Shown: one piece after another, positions 19,069 to 29,147 of the stretch
Layout: every line of letters begins with the position of its first letter
Position numbering within the stretch: position 1 is the first letter of the stretch
Source of the DNA: a virus
Lineage: Duplodnaviria > Heunggongvirae > Uroviricota > Caudoviricetes
Virus record (IMG/VR): IMGVR_UViG_3300046008_000242
Location: 1 to 64,000 of that record
DNA length: 64,000 nucleotides
Reading direction: 5' to 3' (one strand)
Made by a program: the position numbers and the translations under genes
The notes under the pieces: model-generated
What the model saw: only the letters and a program-made list of their open reading frames with translations
Told to the model about the DNA's origin: nothing
Database searches by the model: none

Positions 19069-20418
19069 TTACATTTTAATCAATTTCTTAGATTTAATCC
19101 AATTGTTATCAATATCATGTTCTGTTGTTATCAACTTAGACTGGACATTAGAACCATCGCTCAATTTAACCAATTCATTTTCTCCAATTAAAATATACAA
19201 TTCTCCGAACCATATCTTAATCATCCTGTCAGCAGAATTCATTGATGTTCTAATTTCATCACGTTTGGTGTTATCAACAGAACCAGAGATATAATGGATT
19301 TCTCTATCATTACATTTTTCCTTTAACATTTTATGTAATGGAACACCGTGTTTCTCTACATATTGGAATAAGATTAAAGTGGTTTCCTGTTGTGATAATG
19401 CCAGATTAACAATAAATTTATTACGTTTGTCATTCTGGACAATCCAATCTAGTTCCTTCTGGTATTCAGTCTTGGTCATCAATTTCTTTGTATCGGTATC
19501 ATAATCTAACAGGATACATGAAATGTCTAATGATGTTACACTGTTATCATCCATCAATTCTTTGGTTGTAATTACTTTGAATACCTTACCAAACAAGCCT
19601 GTTAATTGTAATTCGGATATATGTTTACCATCTAATGTTCCAGTTGTCCCTATTCTAATGGAAGTGTTTGGCATATTGTTAAGCAATTTTGTTACAACGT
19701 TTGCTTTATATTGGTGGCACTCGTCGCCACAGACTACGTCGAATCCAGCAACAACTGATACATCATGCTGTAGGGTCTGCCATGTGGATATAACGCATTT
19801 CTTCTTGTAATCTTTTAGTAGACCAGAATAAATCCTTGAACAATTTTCTTGTACATTCCAACCATTATGAGACGAATAATCTTCAAAATCTTTATACATC
19901 TGGTCGACTAGCATAGTGCTTGGGACAATCATCAAACAATTCATATCATTTTCAATATACCAACGAATAATTCCGTATAAAATCAAGGACTTACCACTAG
20001 AAGTTGGACTCAAAATTATGATTCTTTTGGATTTTATGGCTTCATGGATAGCTCTTATTTGATAATCTCTTATTTCAATTTTAACTCCACGAGCATGTAT
20101 GTTTAGATTGTTGATATATTGTTCTATTTCAGAATAAGAAACATCTGTTTGTTCTATTACAGTCCCTTCCAATTCAATTTCATAATCGTTTATCTTGGCA
20201 AATTTTTCAATGTATGATAGTAAGCCAACATGAATCTTTTTGGTGGCATGAGAATACAAATATATCTTACCGTCCCACAGTTTATTCTTCCACTTTGGAG
20301 AAAATTGGTAACCCGTTGAAAAGAATGAGAAATATGACGATAATTCTTGTTCAACACCAAAGTCTGAGGTCACATAAAGGAAGGATTCATCTAGTTTTCG
20401 TATTTTGATAATAGTCAT
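19069..20418 (-). CDS. uvsW: UvsW SF2 helicase, C-terminally divergent (motifs V/VI absent)
   Basis: RDYQ, SPTSSGKS, DECH, GTTGT, RNKFI; similarity ends after HYISGSV. Confidence 0.88.
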   Translation of the reverse strand: MTIIKIRKLDESFLYVTSDFGVEQELSSYFSFFSTGYQFSPKWKNKLWDGKIYLYSHATKKIHVGLLSYIEKFAKINDYEIELEGTVIEQTDVSYSEIEQYINNLNIHARGVKIEIRDYQIRAIHEAIKSKRIIILSPTSSGKSLILYGIIRWYIENDMNCLMIVPSTMLVDQMYKDFEDYSSHNGWNVQENCSRIYSGLLKDYKKKCVISTWQTLQHDVSVVAGFDVVCGDECHQYKANVVTKLLNNMPNTSIRIGTTGTLDGKHISELQLTGLFGKVFKVITTKELMDDNSVTSLDISCILLDYDTDTKKLMTKTEYQKELDWIVQNDKRNKFIVNLALSQQETTLILFQYVEKHGVPLHKMLKEKCNDREIHYISGSVDNTKRDEIRTSMNSADRMIKIWFGELYILIGENELVKLSDGSNVQSKLITTEHDIDNNWIKSKKLIKM

Positions 20419-20448
20419 GTTTATACAATTTAATTGTTAAGATGACTA

Positions 20449-20456
20449 TATTTATA
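20449..20456 (-). promoter_or_regulatory. T4-type late promoter for uvsW
   Basis: Exact TATAAATA ~30 bp upstream of ATG. Confidence 0.7.
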
Positions 20457-20526
20457 GGGTTGTCAAACATGAAAAATCCCATAAGACATTACATCTTATG
20501 GGATATAAATTTGGTTCATCAAATCC

Positions 20527-20865
20527 TTAAAACATATTGTAAGATGTTTTTTTGTCAACAAATACTGGCAAATGTTTCACATTTTCATATAATGCCATAT
20601 AGTCTTCACCTTCCCCCTTGTAATTGCATAATTCGCAAACTAATAATTCTGGATTGTAATCGACGTCAAATTCAGATTTGAAATATTCACAAAATTCTTC
20701 CAAACTGTAATCATCTAACATCATTGAACATAATTCAGACGCTTTGTATGGGGCAGAACGGAACATACTTTGGTACATTTTGTTAGCTTGTTCAAATGTT
20801 CTTGGATCTTTCAATCCTTCTTCAAGGATGTTGAATAATTCAGTTTTGAAATTTGATTGTGACAT
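20527..20865 (-). CDS. Hypothetical protein
   Basis: GAGG SD; CTTTCG-N17-TATAAT promoter upstream; terminator downstream. Confidence 0.7.
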   Translation of the reverse strand: MSQSNFKTELFNILEEGLKDPRTFEQANKMYQSMFRSAPYKASELCSMMLDDYSLEEFCEYFKSEFDVDYNPELLVCELCNYKGEGEDYMALYENVKHLPVFVDKKTSYNMF

Positions 20866-21230
20866 GATAATAACCTCTATAAAATGTTTGATTTAAATTC
20901 ATTGGATTCTTCCAACTTGAAATCTATTATAAAGGTTATCTCAGACATCGAAAGAAAAATCTTAATTTATTTTAATGTTACAATTTTTATTCATATCCCA
21001 CAAATCAAATGTTGGATTATCTTCAGAATAATCACCTTTCTGTAATAATGTACAGAATCCATTCATTTGTTTTGGGTAATGATAATCTATATGATGATAA
21101 GGACAAACATGGTATCTACCATCAATCTTTGTATAACAATGTTCTCCTTCTGGTATACCAATAGACGGAGTATCGACATTAGGATTTCTATCTTGGACAT
21201 CTTATGTAGTACAGATTCAAGATGAGCCTT

Positions 21231-21479
21231 CTAGGATTCTCTCCATGGTTCAATTACATCACCAGTTCCTATCCTAACTTCACTCCAATCGATTTTAGAA
21301 CAAGACGGACAAATTTGTTCTGTGTTTCTTATAAACTCCCCGTCATGGATGTAATACTCATCTGGATTAGATTCACATTGTTTAATGAATTCTAATTCTT
21401 CCATGTCATAATATGTTTCAGACATGGAATCGCATAATTTACAATATGTATTGACGGTTACCGTTATATTATCTGCCAT
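21231..21479 (-). CDS. Hypothetical protein with two CxxC pairs
   Basis: CKLC and CPSC. Confidence 0.6.
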   Translation of the reverse strand: MADNITVTVNTYCKLCDSMSETYYDMEELEFIKQCESNPDEYYIHDGEFIRNTEQICPSCSKIDWSEVRIGTGDVIEPWRES

Positions 21480-21482
21480 AAA

Positions 21483-21737
21483 CTATCTTCTACTCTCTGT
21501 TAATACATGGTTATATAATGTCAAGAAAGTTTCCAATGAATTTCCTTTTTCAATCATGTCATCAATATCCATCGTCAAATCAGTTTCATCTGGTAATTCG
21601 TCTTCGTCCAATTCATAACCAAAGAATTCTCCTAATAATTTTAAAATATGTTCATTATCTTGTTGTGTTATAATTTCACTAGATAATGTTTCTAAAATAT
21701 CATCGTCAAAATCTATACCAATAAATGTATCCATCAT
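21483..21737 (-). CDS. Hypothetical acidic protein
   Basis: Packed ORF, ATGA overlap. Confidence 0.6.
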   Translation of the reverse strand: MMDTFIGIDFDDDILETLSSEIITQQDNEHILKLLGEFFGYELDEDELPDETDLTMDIDDMIEKGNSLETFLTLYNHVLTESRR

Positions 21738-22210
21738 ACATTCTCTTTATAAGGTGGTCGAACAGATTCAATATCTTCAACATATTGGACATTTAATTTT
21801 CTACAACCCAATAGTCGTTTCATCTTACGTTTAACTGTTGAAATTTTAGTTGTATAATTTAAGTAAAATCCATTAACTCTACCTTGTAAATTAGGAACAT
21901 ATAATGCGTAAGTAGTTTCAATTTTAATCCATCTTGGTTGAAATGTACGTTCGCAATAATACTTGTCGTCCCAAAAGACAACCCGTTCTTTCAATTCAGA
22001 TATCTTACATGATTCGTAACAAGACAAAGTTCTATCCCAATAGATTCTACATTCAGGATCTTTTTCCTTCTGGATATAAAGAATTGCTTGTTTGTTTTTA
22101 AATTGTTTACGATTCCAAGGACAAACTTGGATATGATTATGTTTGTATCTGTACATATCATATGACGGATATTCTCCAGTCAATTCATCAACCTTCTCGA
22201 TAGCAGCCAT
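21734..22210 (-). CDS. Hypothetical protein
   Basis: Packed ORF, GAGG SD. Confidence 0.65.
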   Translation of the reverse strand: MAAIEKVDELTGEYPSYDMYRYKHNHIQVCPWNRKQFKNKQAILYIQKEKDPECRIYWDRTLSCYESCKISELKERVVFWDDKYYCERTFQPRWIKIETTYALYVPNLQGRVNGFYLNYTTKISTVKRKMKRLLGCRKLNVQYVEDIESVRPPYKENV

Positions 22211-22800
22211 TATAGTTCCTCTTTCAATTGTTGTAATTTACGTTCCAATCTTGAAATGACGGCTTGTTTCTTTTTATGTTCTCTATCGTCTTTTGTCTTA
22301 TCCAGTTCGATACGTTTATTGTATTCATCATCTGTTTCGTATCTTGAACGATAAATGACATATTGAATGTTATCATAATATGATTTGTCAATTATTTTAA
22401 CATCAAAATCGCGCGAATGTCTTTGCTTGTATTGTTCCAATCTTGAGATTAAATCTTTTAATGGTTCTTCTTTAATTTCCAAAACATCTTTCATTGTGAT
22501 AATTTTTCTATCAGCATATTTACATAATTCTGTTACAAATTCATTATAATCTGTAATTGATTTTGATATAGTCGGAGTAACCAAACTAATGTAATTTTTG
22601 TTCTTTCCATAGATAATAACCCGACTTTTGGAATTATTGACTTTATTTGTCAATACGTATTCGTTTGGTATCGACGGATTACGTTCAATTTTGAAATGTT
22701 TATATATAGATGCGTCGTTTTCTACGCGTTCTGTTATTTCTTCTAATGTCATTAAAAGTGTATCATTTTGTAACATTGTTATCTCCAAATAAAATATCAA
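22210..22800 (-). CDS. Hypothetical protein (C-terminal ETDDEYNKR coiled coil)
   Basis: Packed ORF. Confidence 0.65.
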   Translation of the reverse strand: MIFYLEITMLQNDTLLMTLEEITERVENDASIYKHFKIERNPSIPNEYVLTNKVNNSKSRVIIYGKNKNYISLVTPTISKSITDYNEFVTELCKYADRKIITMKDVLEIKEEPLKDLISRLEQYKQRHSRDFDVKIIDKSYYDNIQYVIYRSRYETDDEYNKRIELDKTKDDREHKKKQAVISRLERKLQQLKEEL

Positions 22801-23083
22801 TACCTCTACGCAGTTTCAATCTTGGTTTGATTGAATCCATTGTTAATTCATTACCCAATAGAGCATCAGTCATCGTTTCCAATGCGTCTGGTAATGTCAT
22901 TTTAATCATATCTAATGTTTTAACTGAAGAACGTCTTACTCCAGAAATGGTTATATTAACTTCATACAACCCATCATCTAATGGTAGAAATGTAATTGTA
23001 TCATGTTTTCTTGATTTATCGATCGTATACACTGAAGTATATTTGTCGAAGATTGAATTTGAAAATGGCATTGTATCCTCCAA
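22763..23083 (-). CDS. Hypothetical protein
   Basis: GGAGG SD before MPFSN. Confidence 0.6.
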   Translation of the reverse strand: MEDTMPFSNSIFDKYTSVYTIDKSRKHDTITFLPLDDGLYEVNITISGVRRSSVKTLDMIKMTLPDALETMTDALLGNELTMDSIKPRLKLRRGIDILFGDNNVTK

Positions 23084-23086
23084 TGA

Positions 23087-23425
23087 TTAAGGTAATCTAA
23101 TTCTGGTATTTTCTTCTATCTTATGTAAACAAGTGAATCCCCATTCCAACAACTCTCCAGATTCAATCTCAGTTTCCGAAAAATCATACACATTGATGAT
23201 TTTAGTTTTGTATGTTGGTTCATATTCTCCCAACAATGTCCATTTATCCCAACCAGAACCATATCCGTTGAATCCATATGTTCTGAAGAACCAAGAACCA
23301 TCTTCACCTTGTGCTACATGAACATTACGACCAAATGAATCATGACCGCTGAATAATTGTATAGCTTTCATTTTGATAACCTCTCTGTATTGATTAGATT
23401 CTATTATACTAAAATTCAGAAACAT
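23087..23425 (-). CDS. Hypothetical protein (likely start MKAIQ)
   Basis: GAGG SD; CTTTCG-N17-TATAAT promoter at ~23403-23431. Confidence 0.65.
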   Translation of the reverse strand: MFLNFSIIESNQYREVIKMKAIQLFSGHDSFGRNVHVAQGEDGSWFFRTYGFNGYGSGWDKWTLLGEYEPTYKTKIINVYDFSETEIESGELLEWGFTCLHKIEENTRIRLP

Positions 23426-23486
23426 CGAAAGACTTTTCTCTATCCAATAAAAATCCCATTAGACTTTTACATCTAATGGGGTCTTA

Positions 23487-23855
23487 TTATTTCTTTGGTA
23501 ATCTATACATTGTCTGTGAAATCTGGAAATCTTTGTTCTTTCCTTTATTTTCCACAAATCCAAATTTCTTGTAGAACGGAATCAACTTGGATACCTTACC
23601 ACCAAAGTCTTCAGATGGAGTTAATGTGATAATCTGTTTAGATTTATCTGCATAATCAATGATTCTTTTCATCACCTTGGAACCAAGACCTTCTCCTCTT
23701 GATTCCTTTGGTACAATAATCTTCATCAATTCAATCATCTTACCATCTTCCATGATTGATAATTCAACATCCAGTTCCTTTACTGACATCTTCAATGATT
23801 GTAATGATAGGTCGACACCTTCCACCATTTTCCAGTACTCTAAAAAACTTAACAT
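23487..23855 (-). CDS. GNAT-family acetyltransferase, possibly virion-packaged
   Basis: IIVPKESRGEGLGSKVM acetyl-CoA motif A; LIPFYKKFGF. Confidence 0.85.
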   Translation of the reverse strand: MLSFLEYWKMVEGVDLSLQSLKMSVKELDVELSIMEDGKMIELMKIIVPKESRGEGLGSKVMKRIIDYADKSKQIITLTPSEDFGGKVSKLIPFYKKFGFVENKGKNKDFQISQTMYRLPKK

Positions 23856-23856
23856 G

Positions 23857-24294
23857 TTAATTCCCAGCCATGAATTTCATATGGTCAATACTGTTACGGA
23901 TATCCCATTGTCTTGATTTGATTGCATTCATAATAGATTCAACTAGACCAATCATAATGTTCATGTAATCTATCCTTGCTTCTATCTTGGATAATTCAAC
24001 ATCACCCTTTAGATGTTCGTCCATCTCAGATTTAATGGGTTTTGAGTATTGCCATTGTTCCCATGTATTATCCTGAAGTTCTTGTCTTGTTAATTCACCG
24101 CGATAATATCTGAATCTTAATTGACGCATTGTTGCGTAATCAGTCTTCAGTTTAATCAGTTTCATCCTTGAATCCATCAAAATCCTAACATATTTGGCGT
24201 GTAATTTAGGAGTCTTCAATGATTCATCACCAAGTTTGGCAGAATCAATATCAGAATCAATATCCCACATATCCTGAATTTCTTGTATATTCAT
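23857..24294 (-). CDS. uvsY: Recombination mediator UvsY
   Basis: WDIDSDID, ESLKTPKLHAKY, YYRG, RQWDIRNSID..KF.AG. Confidence 0.92.
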   Translation of the reverse strand: MNIQEIQDMWDIDSDIDSAKLGDESLKTPKLHAKYVRILMDSRMKLIKLKTDYATMRQLRFRYYRGELTRQELQDNTWEQWQYSKPIKSEMDEHLKGDVELSKIEARIDYMNIMIGLVESIMNAIKSRQWDIRNSIDHMKFMAGN

Positions 24295-24299
24295 ATTTC

Positions 24300-24557
24300 C
24301 TAAGACATTTTAAATGATTTAATTTCACTCATTATAGAATCATCTATATCAAACTCTTCTTCCGATAAGACAGCGTAATCGCCATTCATAATTTGTTGTT
24401 CAGTTTTCAACAGTTGGCGTTTGACTTCTATTGGATCCTTGGCATTTTCATTTAAACTAATACCAAAATTCGTCAATCCTTTATTCACTTGGTCTTCAAA
24501 CCACACTTTAAATGCTTCTTCTATTTCATTAGAAGACATCCCATCATAATTTATCAT
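24300..24557 (-). CDS. Hypothetical protein
   Basis: Packed ORF between gp3 and uvsY. Confidence 0.6.
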   Translation of the reverse strand: MINYDGMSSNEIEEAFKVWFEDQVNKGLTNFGISLNENAKDPIEVKRQLLKTEQQIMNGDYAVLSEEEFDIDDSIMSEIKSFKMS

Positions 24558-24566
24558 AAATTCTCT

Positions 24567-25082
24567 CTATACATTTTCAAATTTGAAAATATGGTATCTA
24601 AATGTAGCAGAACATGTAATGTATTCTACGTCAGTTGAAGTGGTGTTCATTTCCCAACCACCTAGGAATGTTGGTTTCATGTCATGGAAATAAATGGTTT
24701 TGATTACATTATTAGATGACGATAGAATATGTAATGCTCCATCAGAAGATTCATTTAACGGATCTCCTTGGATTACCTTATTATATTGACCATTGAATTC
24801 TGGGAAACCCATCCCAGTCATCCAATTAAAAATAGCCAGATAATTACTTAGATCTTCGTCAACGATAAAATTTACAGTGAAATCAGAATACTCTAACGTA
24901 TCTCCTGTTTCATATATTTTTGAATATGGGGTTGATGCTTCGATGGCAGGTAAGGAAATATCCGGAAGGATTACTGTCTGGGAGAAATAAGAAATTTCAG
25001 GTAACTTATTAATTGTAAATTGGAATCCATTATTCTGGAGTCCATTCATGTTATGTAGATTAGGGGTTGTTAAAAATTTCAT
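24567..25082 (-). CDS. 3: Tail completion / sheath stabiliser gp3
   Basis: GFQFTINKLP.ISYFSQ...LP, FIVDEDLSNY.AIFNWM; adjacent to uvsY. Confidence 0.85.
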   Translation of the reverse strand: MKFLTTPNLHNMNGLQNNGFQFTINKLPEISYFSQTVILPDISLPAIEASTPYSKIYETGDTLEYSDFTVNFIVDEDLSNYLAIFNWMTGMGFPEFNGQYNKVIQGDPLNESSDGALHILSSSNNVIKTIYFHDMKPTFLGGWEMNTTSTDVEYITCSATFRYHIFKFENV

Positions 25083-25112
25083 ACATTTCTCTTTGTTGTT
25101 ATATGAAATTAT

Positions 25113-25388
25113 TTAATCCATTTCAATCCAACCATCTTCCGTTAAAATGCCAATTACATCATCTGTTTCAATCCAAACTTTAGCACCACACGATAATGGT
25201 TTATCTGGTGAATAAACAACTTCACCATTATTAATTTTAACTCGATATCCATATACATTTTCTTTATAGGTTTTACATGTAATAACAGGAGAACGTTCTC
25301 CTGTTTTAGAATTCTTCTTAATTACATGTTGATTTATATGGATTATCTTTTTCATATCGTTCCTGATTCCTTTCATAAAATTCATCAA
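25113..25388 (-). CDS. Conserved phage hypothetical protein
   Basis: IHINQHVIKKN...YSPDKPLSCGAKVWIET; probable start MKKII. Confidence 0.75.
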   Translation of the reverse strand: MMNFMKGIRNDMKKIIHINQHVIKKNSKTGERSPVITCKTYKENVYGYRVKINNGEVVYSPDKPLSCGAKVWIETDDVIGILTEDGWIEMD

Positions 25389-25486
25389 TACCTTCTTCTA
25401 TCTCATGTTCAACAGATTCTTCCTTCTCTGTATGAACATGACATTTTTTAAGTAATGGATTTAATGCTACATGATTTCTGTACATA

Positions 25487-25951
25487 TCATCCTCTCTTGA
25501 GATAAGATGCCAATTTAAATTCAGTTCTAATTTCCAAGAAATGTTCAAACTTCTTAACAAATTTTATGGCAGATAATTCATTATCAAACGTTCTAACAAA
25601 AATATCCATTTCAGTATGCCATACTATATAGATTGGTTTCTCCTTGAAAGTGTATCCTTCTATCTCAAATCCATATTCCTTACTATTTTCCCATAGAATC
25701 ACAATAGGATCTTCGTCTCCAGCGAAATACAAATCATGGAATCCATCTTCATATATCTTATTTCTAGTCCGACCAGAACCCAATACCATATAAGAATAAT
25801 CAGAATCTTCCATACCCGTTAATTCAATATCTAATGTATTGATTACCTCATCTTCTGTTACATCAAATTCTTTACCAACAATTTTAATCTTCATATCATT
25901 CTCCAACCAAAGTGAACATCCATAATAATGTAGCAAATGGAATAGCCCCAA
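25487..25951 (-). CDS. Hypothetical protein
   Basis: GGAG SD before MKIKIV. Confidence 0.6.
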   Translation of the reverse strand: MGLFHLLHYYGCSLWLENDMKIKIVGKEFDVTEDEVINTLDIELTGMEDSDYSYMVLGSGRTRNKIYEDGFHDLYFAGDEDPIVILWENSKEYGFEIEGYTFKEKPIYIVWHTEMDIFVRTFDNELSAIKFVKKFEHFLEIRTEFKLASYLKRG

Positions 25952-26001
25952 ATAGAATAAGAATCGTCAATCCAAAGAATTCCCAGTCTATATATTTTTC
26001 A

Positions 26002-26217
26002 TCATTCATTTCTAACATCCTCTATTTGTTTATCGATATCTTGTTTATTACCGATAACAATTATATGATTTAATTTTACATAAGGAAAGAGGTCCCCTTG
26101 TTCTTCAAATTCTATTCTAGTCAACAAATCATTTTCATAAATTACGTCAACAATATCTTGTATTCCCAACCAAGTTTCTGTACCATTTAACAGATTAAAA
26201 TACACTCGTCTATTCAT
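26002..26217 (-). CDS. Hypothetical protein
   Basis: Packed ORF. Confidence 0.55.
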   Translation of the reverse strand: MNRRVYFNLLNGTETWLGIQDIVDVIYENDLLTRIEFEEQGDLFPYVKLNHIIVIGNKQDIDKQIEDVRNE

Positions 26218-26218
26218 A

Positions 26219-26443
26219 TCATTCCTGTCTATTGATAATTGTTTCTACGGCAAACCTTTTGGCTTTTTCAAAACTATAAAATGTACCAATCTTTATTAAA
26301 TTCTCTCTCATACATCCTTCACTAGAATATACAATAAATTTGGATTCTTCTGTTTTCCTAATTAAAAACAACCAACCATTTATATCTTCCGAAATATAAT
26401 GGATACCTCTACGCTTGGAATAAATCTTTGAAAATTTTATCAT
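26219..26443 (-). CDS. Hypothetical protein
   Basis: Packed ORF, ATGA overlap. Confidence 0.55.
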   Translation of the reverse strand: MIKFSKIYSKRRGIHYISEDINGWLFLIRKTEESKFIVYSSEGCMRENLIKIGTFYSFEKAKRFAVETIINRQE

Positions 26444-27204
26444 TCATCATCTCTTTCATATCCATTCAATTTCATCAGTTTATTTACCAACCAGAAAATA
26501 GAATCTTTGGATATAATTACTCGTTCAGAACCATCCGATATAACAATTGTATCCTCTGTATTCTCATCCACAATTAAAGAATCAATAAACATCACATAGA
26601 TAAATCCCTTTTGTTCAAATATCTTATGCCAAATCAATCCAGTGTATTCTCTAACTGATTCTTTAATCAAATCCAAATGATAATCAAACCCTTCTTCTGA
26701 ATCCATCAATTCTATGTCTTCAAGATTGGAAAATCCAAAAATTGGTTCTTCATTTTGGATATCTATAGCATCAACAATATACGCAGATTCATCTTCTGCA
26801 TCATCCAAAAATAATCGATATACTCTTTTCCCATCAGAATAATCAAAGCCAACAGATTCATCATAATAAAAGTTAATTATCTCAATATCCAATTTCCACA
26901 AATCAGAACCAATTGGATTAACACCGCATACAATTCTTAATGTATCATCCTTTTTAATAATCTCACGTTCCTTGAAATTACATTTATTTTTAAGATAAGA
27001 TAAAATTACATCAATATCTCTTTCTTCTGTTGGTTCAAGGGTTTTAGTGTATTTAGAATTGTAATTCCTAAAATTCAATTCTATTGATTCTCCTTCCATA
27101 TAAACATCGACAATACTCAATCCATTTTTAAACAATAGATTATCATCCCAAGACAACCTATAAGATGACATTATTGATTCGAATGTTAATTGCGATTTTT
27201 TCAT
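26440..27204 (-). CDS. Hypothetical acidic protein
   Basis: Packed ORF, ATGA overlaps. Confidence 0.65.
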   Translation of the reverse strand: MKKSQLTFESIMSSYRLSWDDNLLFKNGLSIVDVYMEGESIELNFRNYNSKYTKTLEPTEERDIDVILSYLKNKCNFKEREIIKKDDTLRIVCGVNPIGSDLWKLDIEIINFYYDESVGFDYSDGKRVYRLFLDDAEDESAYIVDAIDIQNEEPIFGFSNLEDIELMDSEEGFDYHLDLIKESVREYTGLIWHKIFEQKGFIYVMFIDSLIVDENTEDTIVISDGSERVIISKDSIFWLVNKLMKLNGYERDDE

Positions 27205-27518
27205 CTATATGATACCTCATCCCATTTAACGGTCATAAAGGCATCAATAGGATTAGTTCGATTTCCAGATATAGAAACATTATATCCTAATTCAACTAAT
27301 TGTTCTTTCAATACATTAAGGCAATGATATAAATCTTTTTGCTCAATAATATCAGAAAAATCTTGCCATCTAAAATCACATCTAAGCTCCGATGAATTAG
27401 ATTTAATCTTCGGTTCTATCTTACGTTCCAACATCTGTACAATCAAAGATTCGATTCGTTCCATCTCCAATTTCTTTTTATTATTACCCAATTCAAATGC
27501 TTGTTTCGCTGTTAACAT
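27201..27518 (-). CDS. Hypothetical protein
   Basis: AAGGA SD. Confidence 0.65.
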   Translation of the reverse strand: MLTAKQAFELGNNKKKLEMERIESLIVQMLERKIEPKIKSNSSELRCDFRWQDFSDIIEQKDLYHCLNVLKEQLVELGYNVSISGNRTNPIDAFMTVKWDEVSYR

Positions 27519-27526
27519 AAATTTCC

Positions 27527-28045
27527 TTAATTGTAAATAATTTCTTCGGATAACATTTCAACAATATCTGTATTAGTTGGTAAAATAGAATGTTCTGTAC
27601 GCCCATTCATATTCCATGTATATCTATCATTTGTTCCCATAAATCTACCAGACACCTTATTATCTGAAATCTTTGTAATTATAACCTTCTTGTTATCTCT
27701 AGTCAAGTAAATACCAGTTCTTGTTATCATCAACTCATTCTCTACTTCCTCAAATAGATAATCTGGTATCTGATTATAATTGTTACTCGGATTTAAGATT
27801 TCATCTATTATGTTATCTATCTGCTTGAAGAATTCAACATGTCTAGATTGCGTTTCAACACCAACAAACTTTATACCCTCAATTTTTGATTTAATATAGT
27901 ATTTCTTGTTGGTCTTAAATGTTCTATATGTATGTCCAATTTCTATCTTAATTGCTGGCGGTATAGATTTACCGCAATCCGCACAGAGCAAATATGTATA
28001 TCTTCCGTCAAACAATTTCTTAAAATCTGCACATTTATGTGTCAT
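27527..28045 (-). CDS. Hypothetical protein
   Basis: AAGGA SD; YLTRD.KKV.I phage repeat-like motif. Confidence 0.65.
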   Translation of the reverse strand: MTHKCADFKKLFDGRYTYLLCADCGKSIPPAIKIEIGHTYRTFKTNKKYYIKSKIEGIKFVGVETQSRHVEFFKQIDNIIDEILNPSNNYNQIPDYLFEEVENELMITRTGIYLTRDNKKVIITKISDNKVSGRFMGTNDRYTWNMNGRTEHSILPTNTDIVEMLSEEIIYN

Positions 28046-28055
28046 ATTTTATCCT

Positions 28056-28280
28056 TTAGATTTTATTGTCATCTAATAATTGTTTAAAATTCTCAAATTT
28101 AACACAATTATCCCATGAATCAAAATCATCATAATCTTCAGTGTTCATATACCATGTATTAAATTTACCAGTTTCTTCATCAACATCTTTGAATATACGA
28201 ATATAGTAAGGAGAATGTTCACCAATGTATAATTCTTCCCATACAACAACCAAATCTCCAGCTGTAATTCCATCAATCAA
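28056..28280 (-). CDS. Hypothetical protein
   Basis: Downstream of CTTTAG-N17-TATAAT promoter; start uncertain. Confidence 0.55.
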   Translation of the reverse strand: MIDGITAGDLVVVWEELYIGEHSPYYIRIFKDVDEETGKFNTWYMNTEDYDDFDSWDNCVKFENFKQLLDDNKI

Positions 28281-28442
28281 ATCTATTGTTCATGATGTCG
28301 TCATTAAATTTTCCAATTTCATACCATATTATTTTAAATGTGTACTATCATTATATACGGATTTACTTTATTCTAAAGAGTTTTCTATGATGAAATTTTA
28401 TCCAATAAAAATGGACACAATTAAACATTGCATCCATACAAA

Positions 28443-29135
28443 TCAACAAATATCCATCTTATCATATTCTTGGTTCTTAACCAAAATTAATTGCTCGATA
28501 ACATAATCAACCATAAAATCAGGAATGTTGACAAAATTCTTACCATCACCAATCACAACATTTTCTGTATGTTCATCTATCATAACTGCAGTTTGTATAT
28601 TAGCCAACAAATATACCGACCCTTCATCCTCAAAGAAGAAATCTGTATTCAAGCACAATTGTCCCATGATTACATTAGAACCAAATCTAACCGCACTCTC
28701 AACTGACTCTAATGGTCGTTCAAATTCCCAACCCTCGAAAATTGTATAATCATATGAGACGTTCTCTAATGTACCAATATCATGCTCAAAACAATAATCA
28801 AATCTAAACAACTCTTGGTACTGTTTAGATGCATCCCATTCACCAGTCTCAATAAATTTCAATACATCTTCTTTCAACTTATCATAACATTTATGGATCT
28901 TCTTATTGACCAATAAATTTGGGATATCGTGTCGATAACTTGGTGTATGATTAGCTCCCATCAATGTTCCAGAACCAATCACTTCACCGTTTTCGTCGAT
29001 CGCAATATCTCTTCTACCAATAGAAATTTGAATTGTATTATCTTCAGTCAATTCTGAAGCAACAAAATCATTTGGCAAGAATGGTTCTCCGAAATTTTGA
29101 TTTAAAATTTCATTCAATTGTGCATTACTAATCAT
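28443..29135 (-). CDS. Hypothetical protein
   Basis: AAGGA SD; C-terminus resembles that of 26440-27204. Confidence 0.65.
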   Translation of the reverse strand: MISNAQLNEILNQNFGEPFLPNDFVASELTEDNTIQISIGRRDIAIDENGEVIGSGTLMGANHTPSYRHDIPNLLVNKKIHKCYDKLKEDVLKFIETGEWDASKQYQELFRFDYCFEHDIGTLENVSYDYTIFEGWEFERPLESVESAVRFGSNVIMGQLCLNTDFFFEDEGSVYLLANIQTAVMIDEHTENVVIGDGKNFVNIPDFMVDYVIEQLILVKNQEYDKMDIC

Positions 29136-29147
29136 CTTTTGTTCCTT

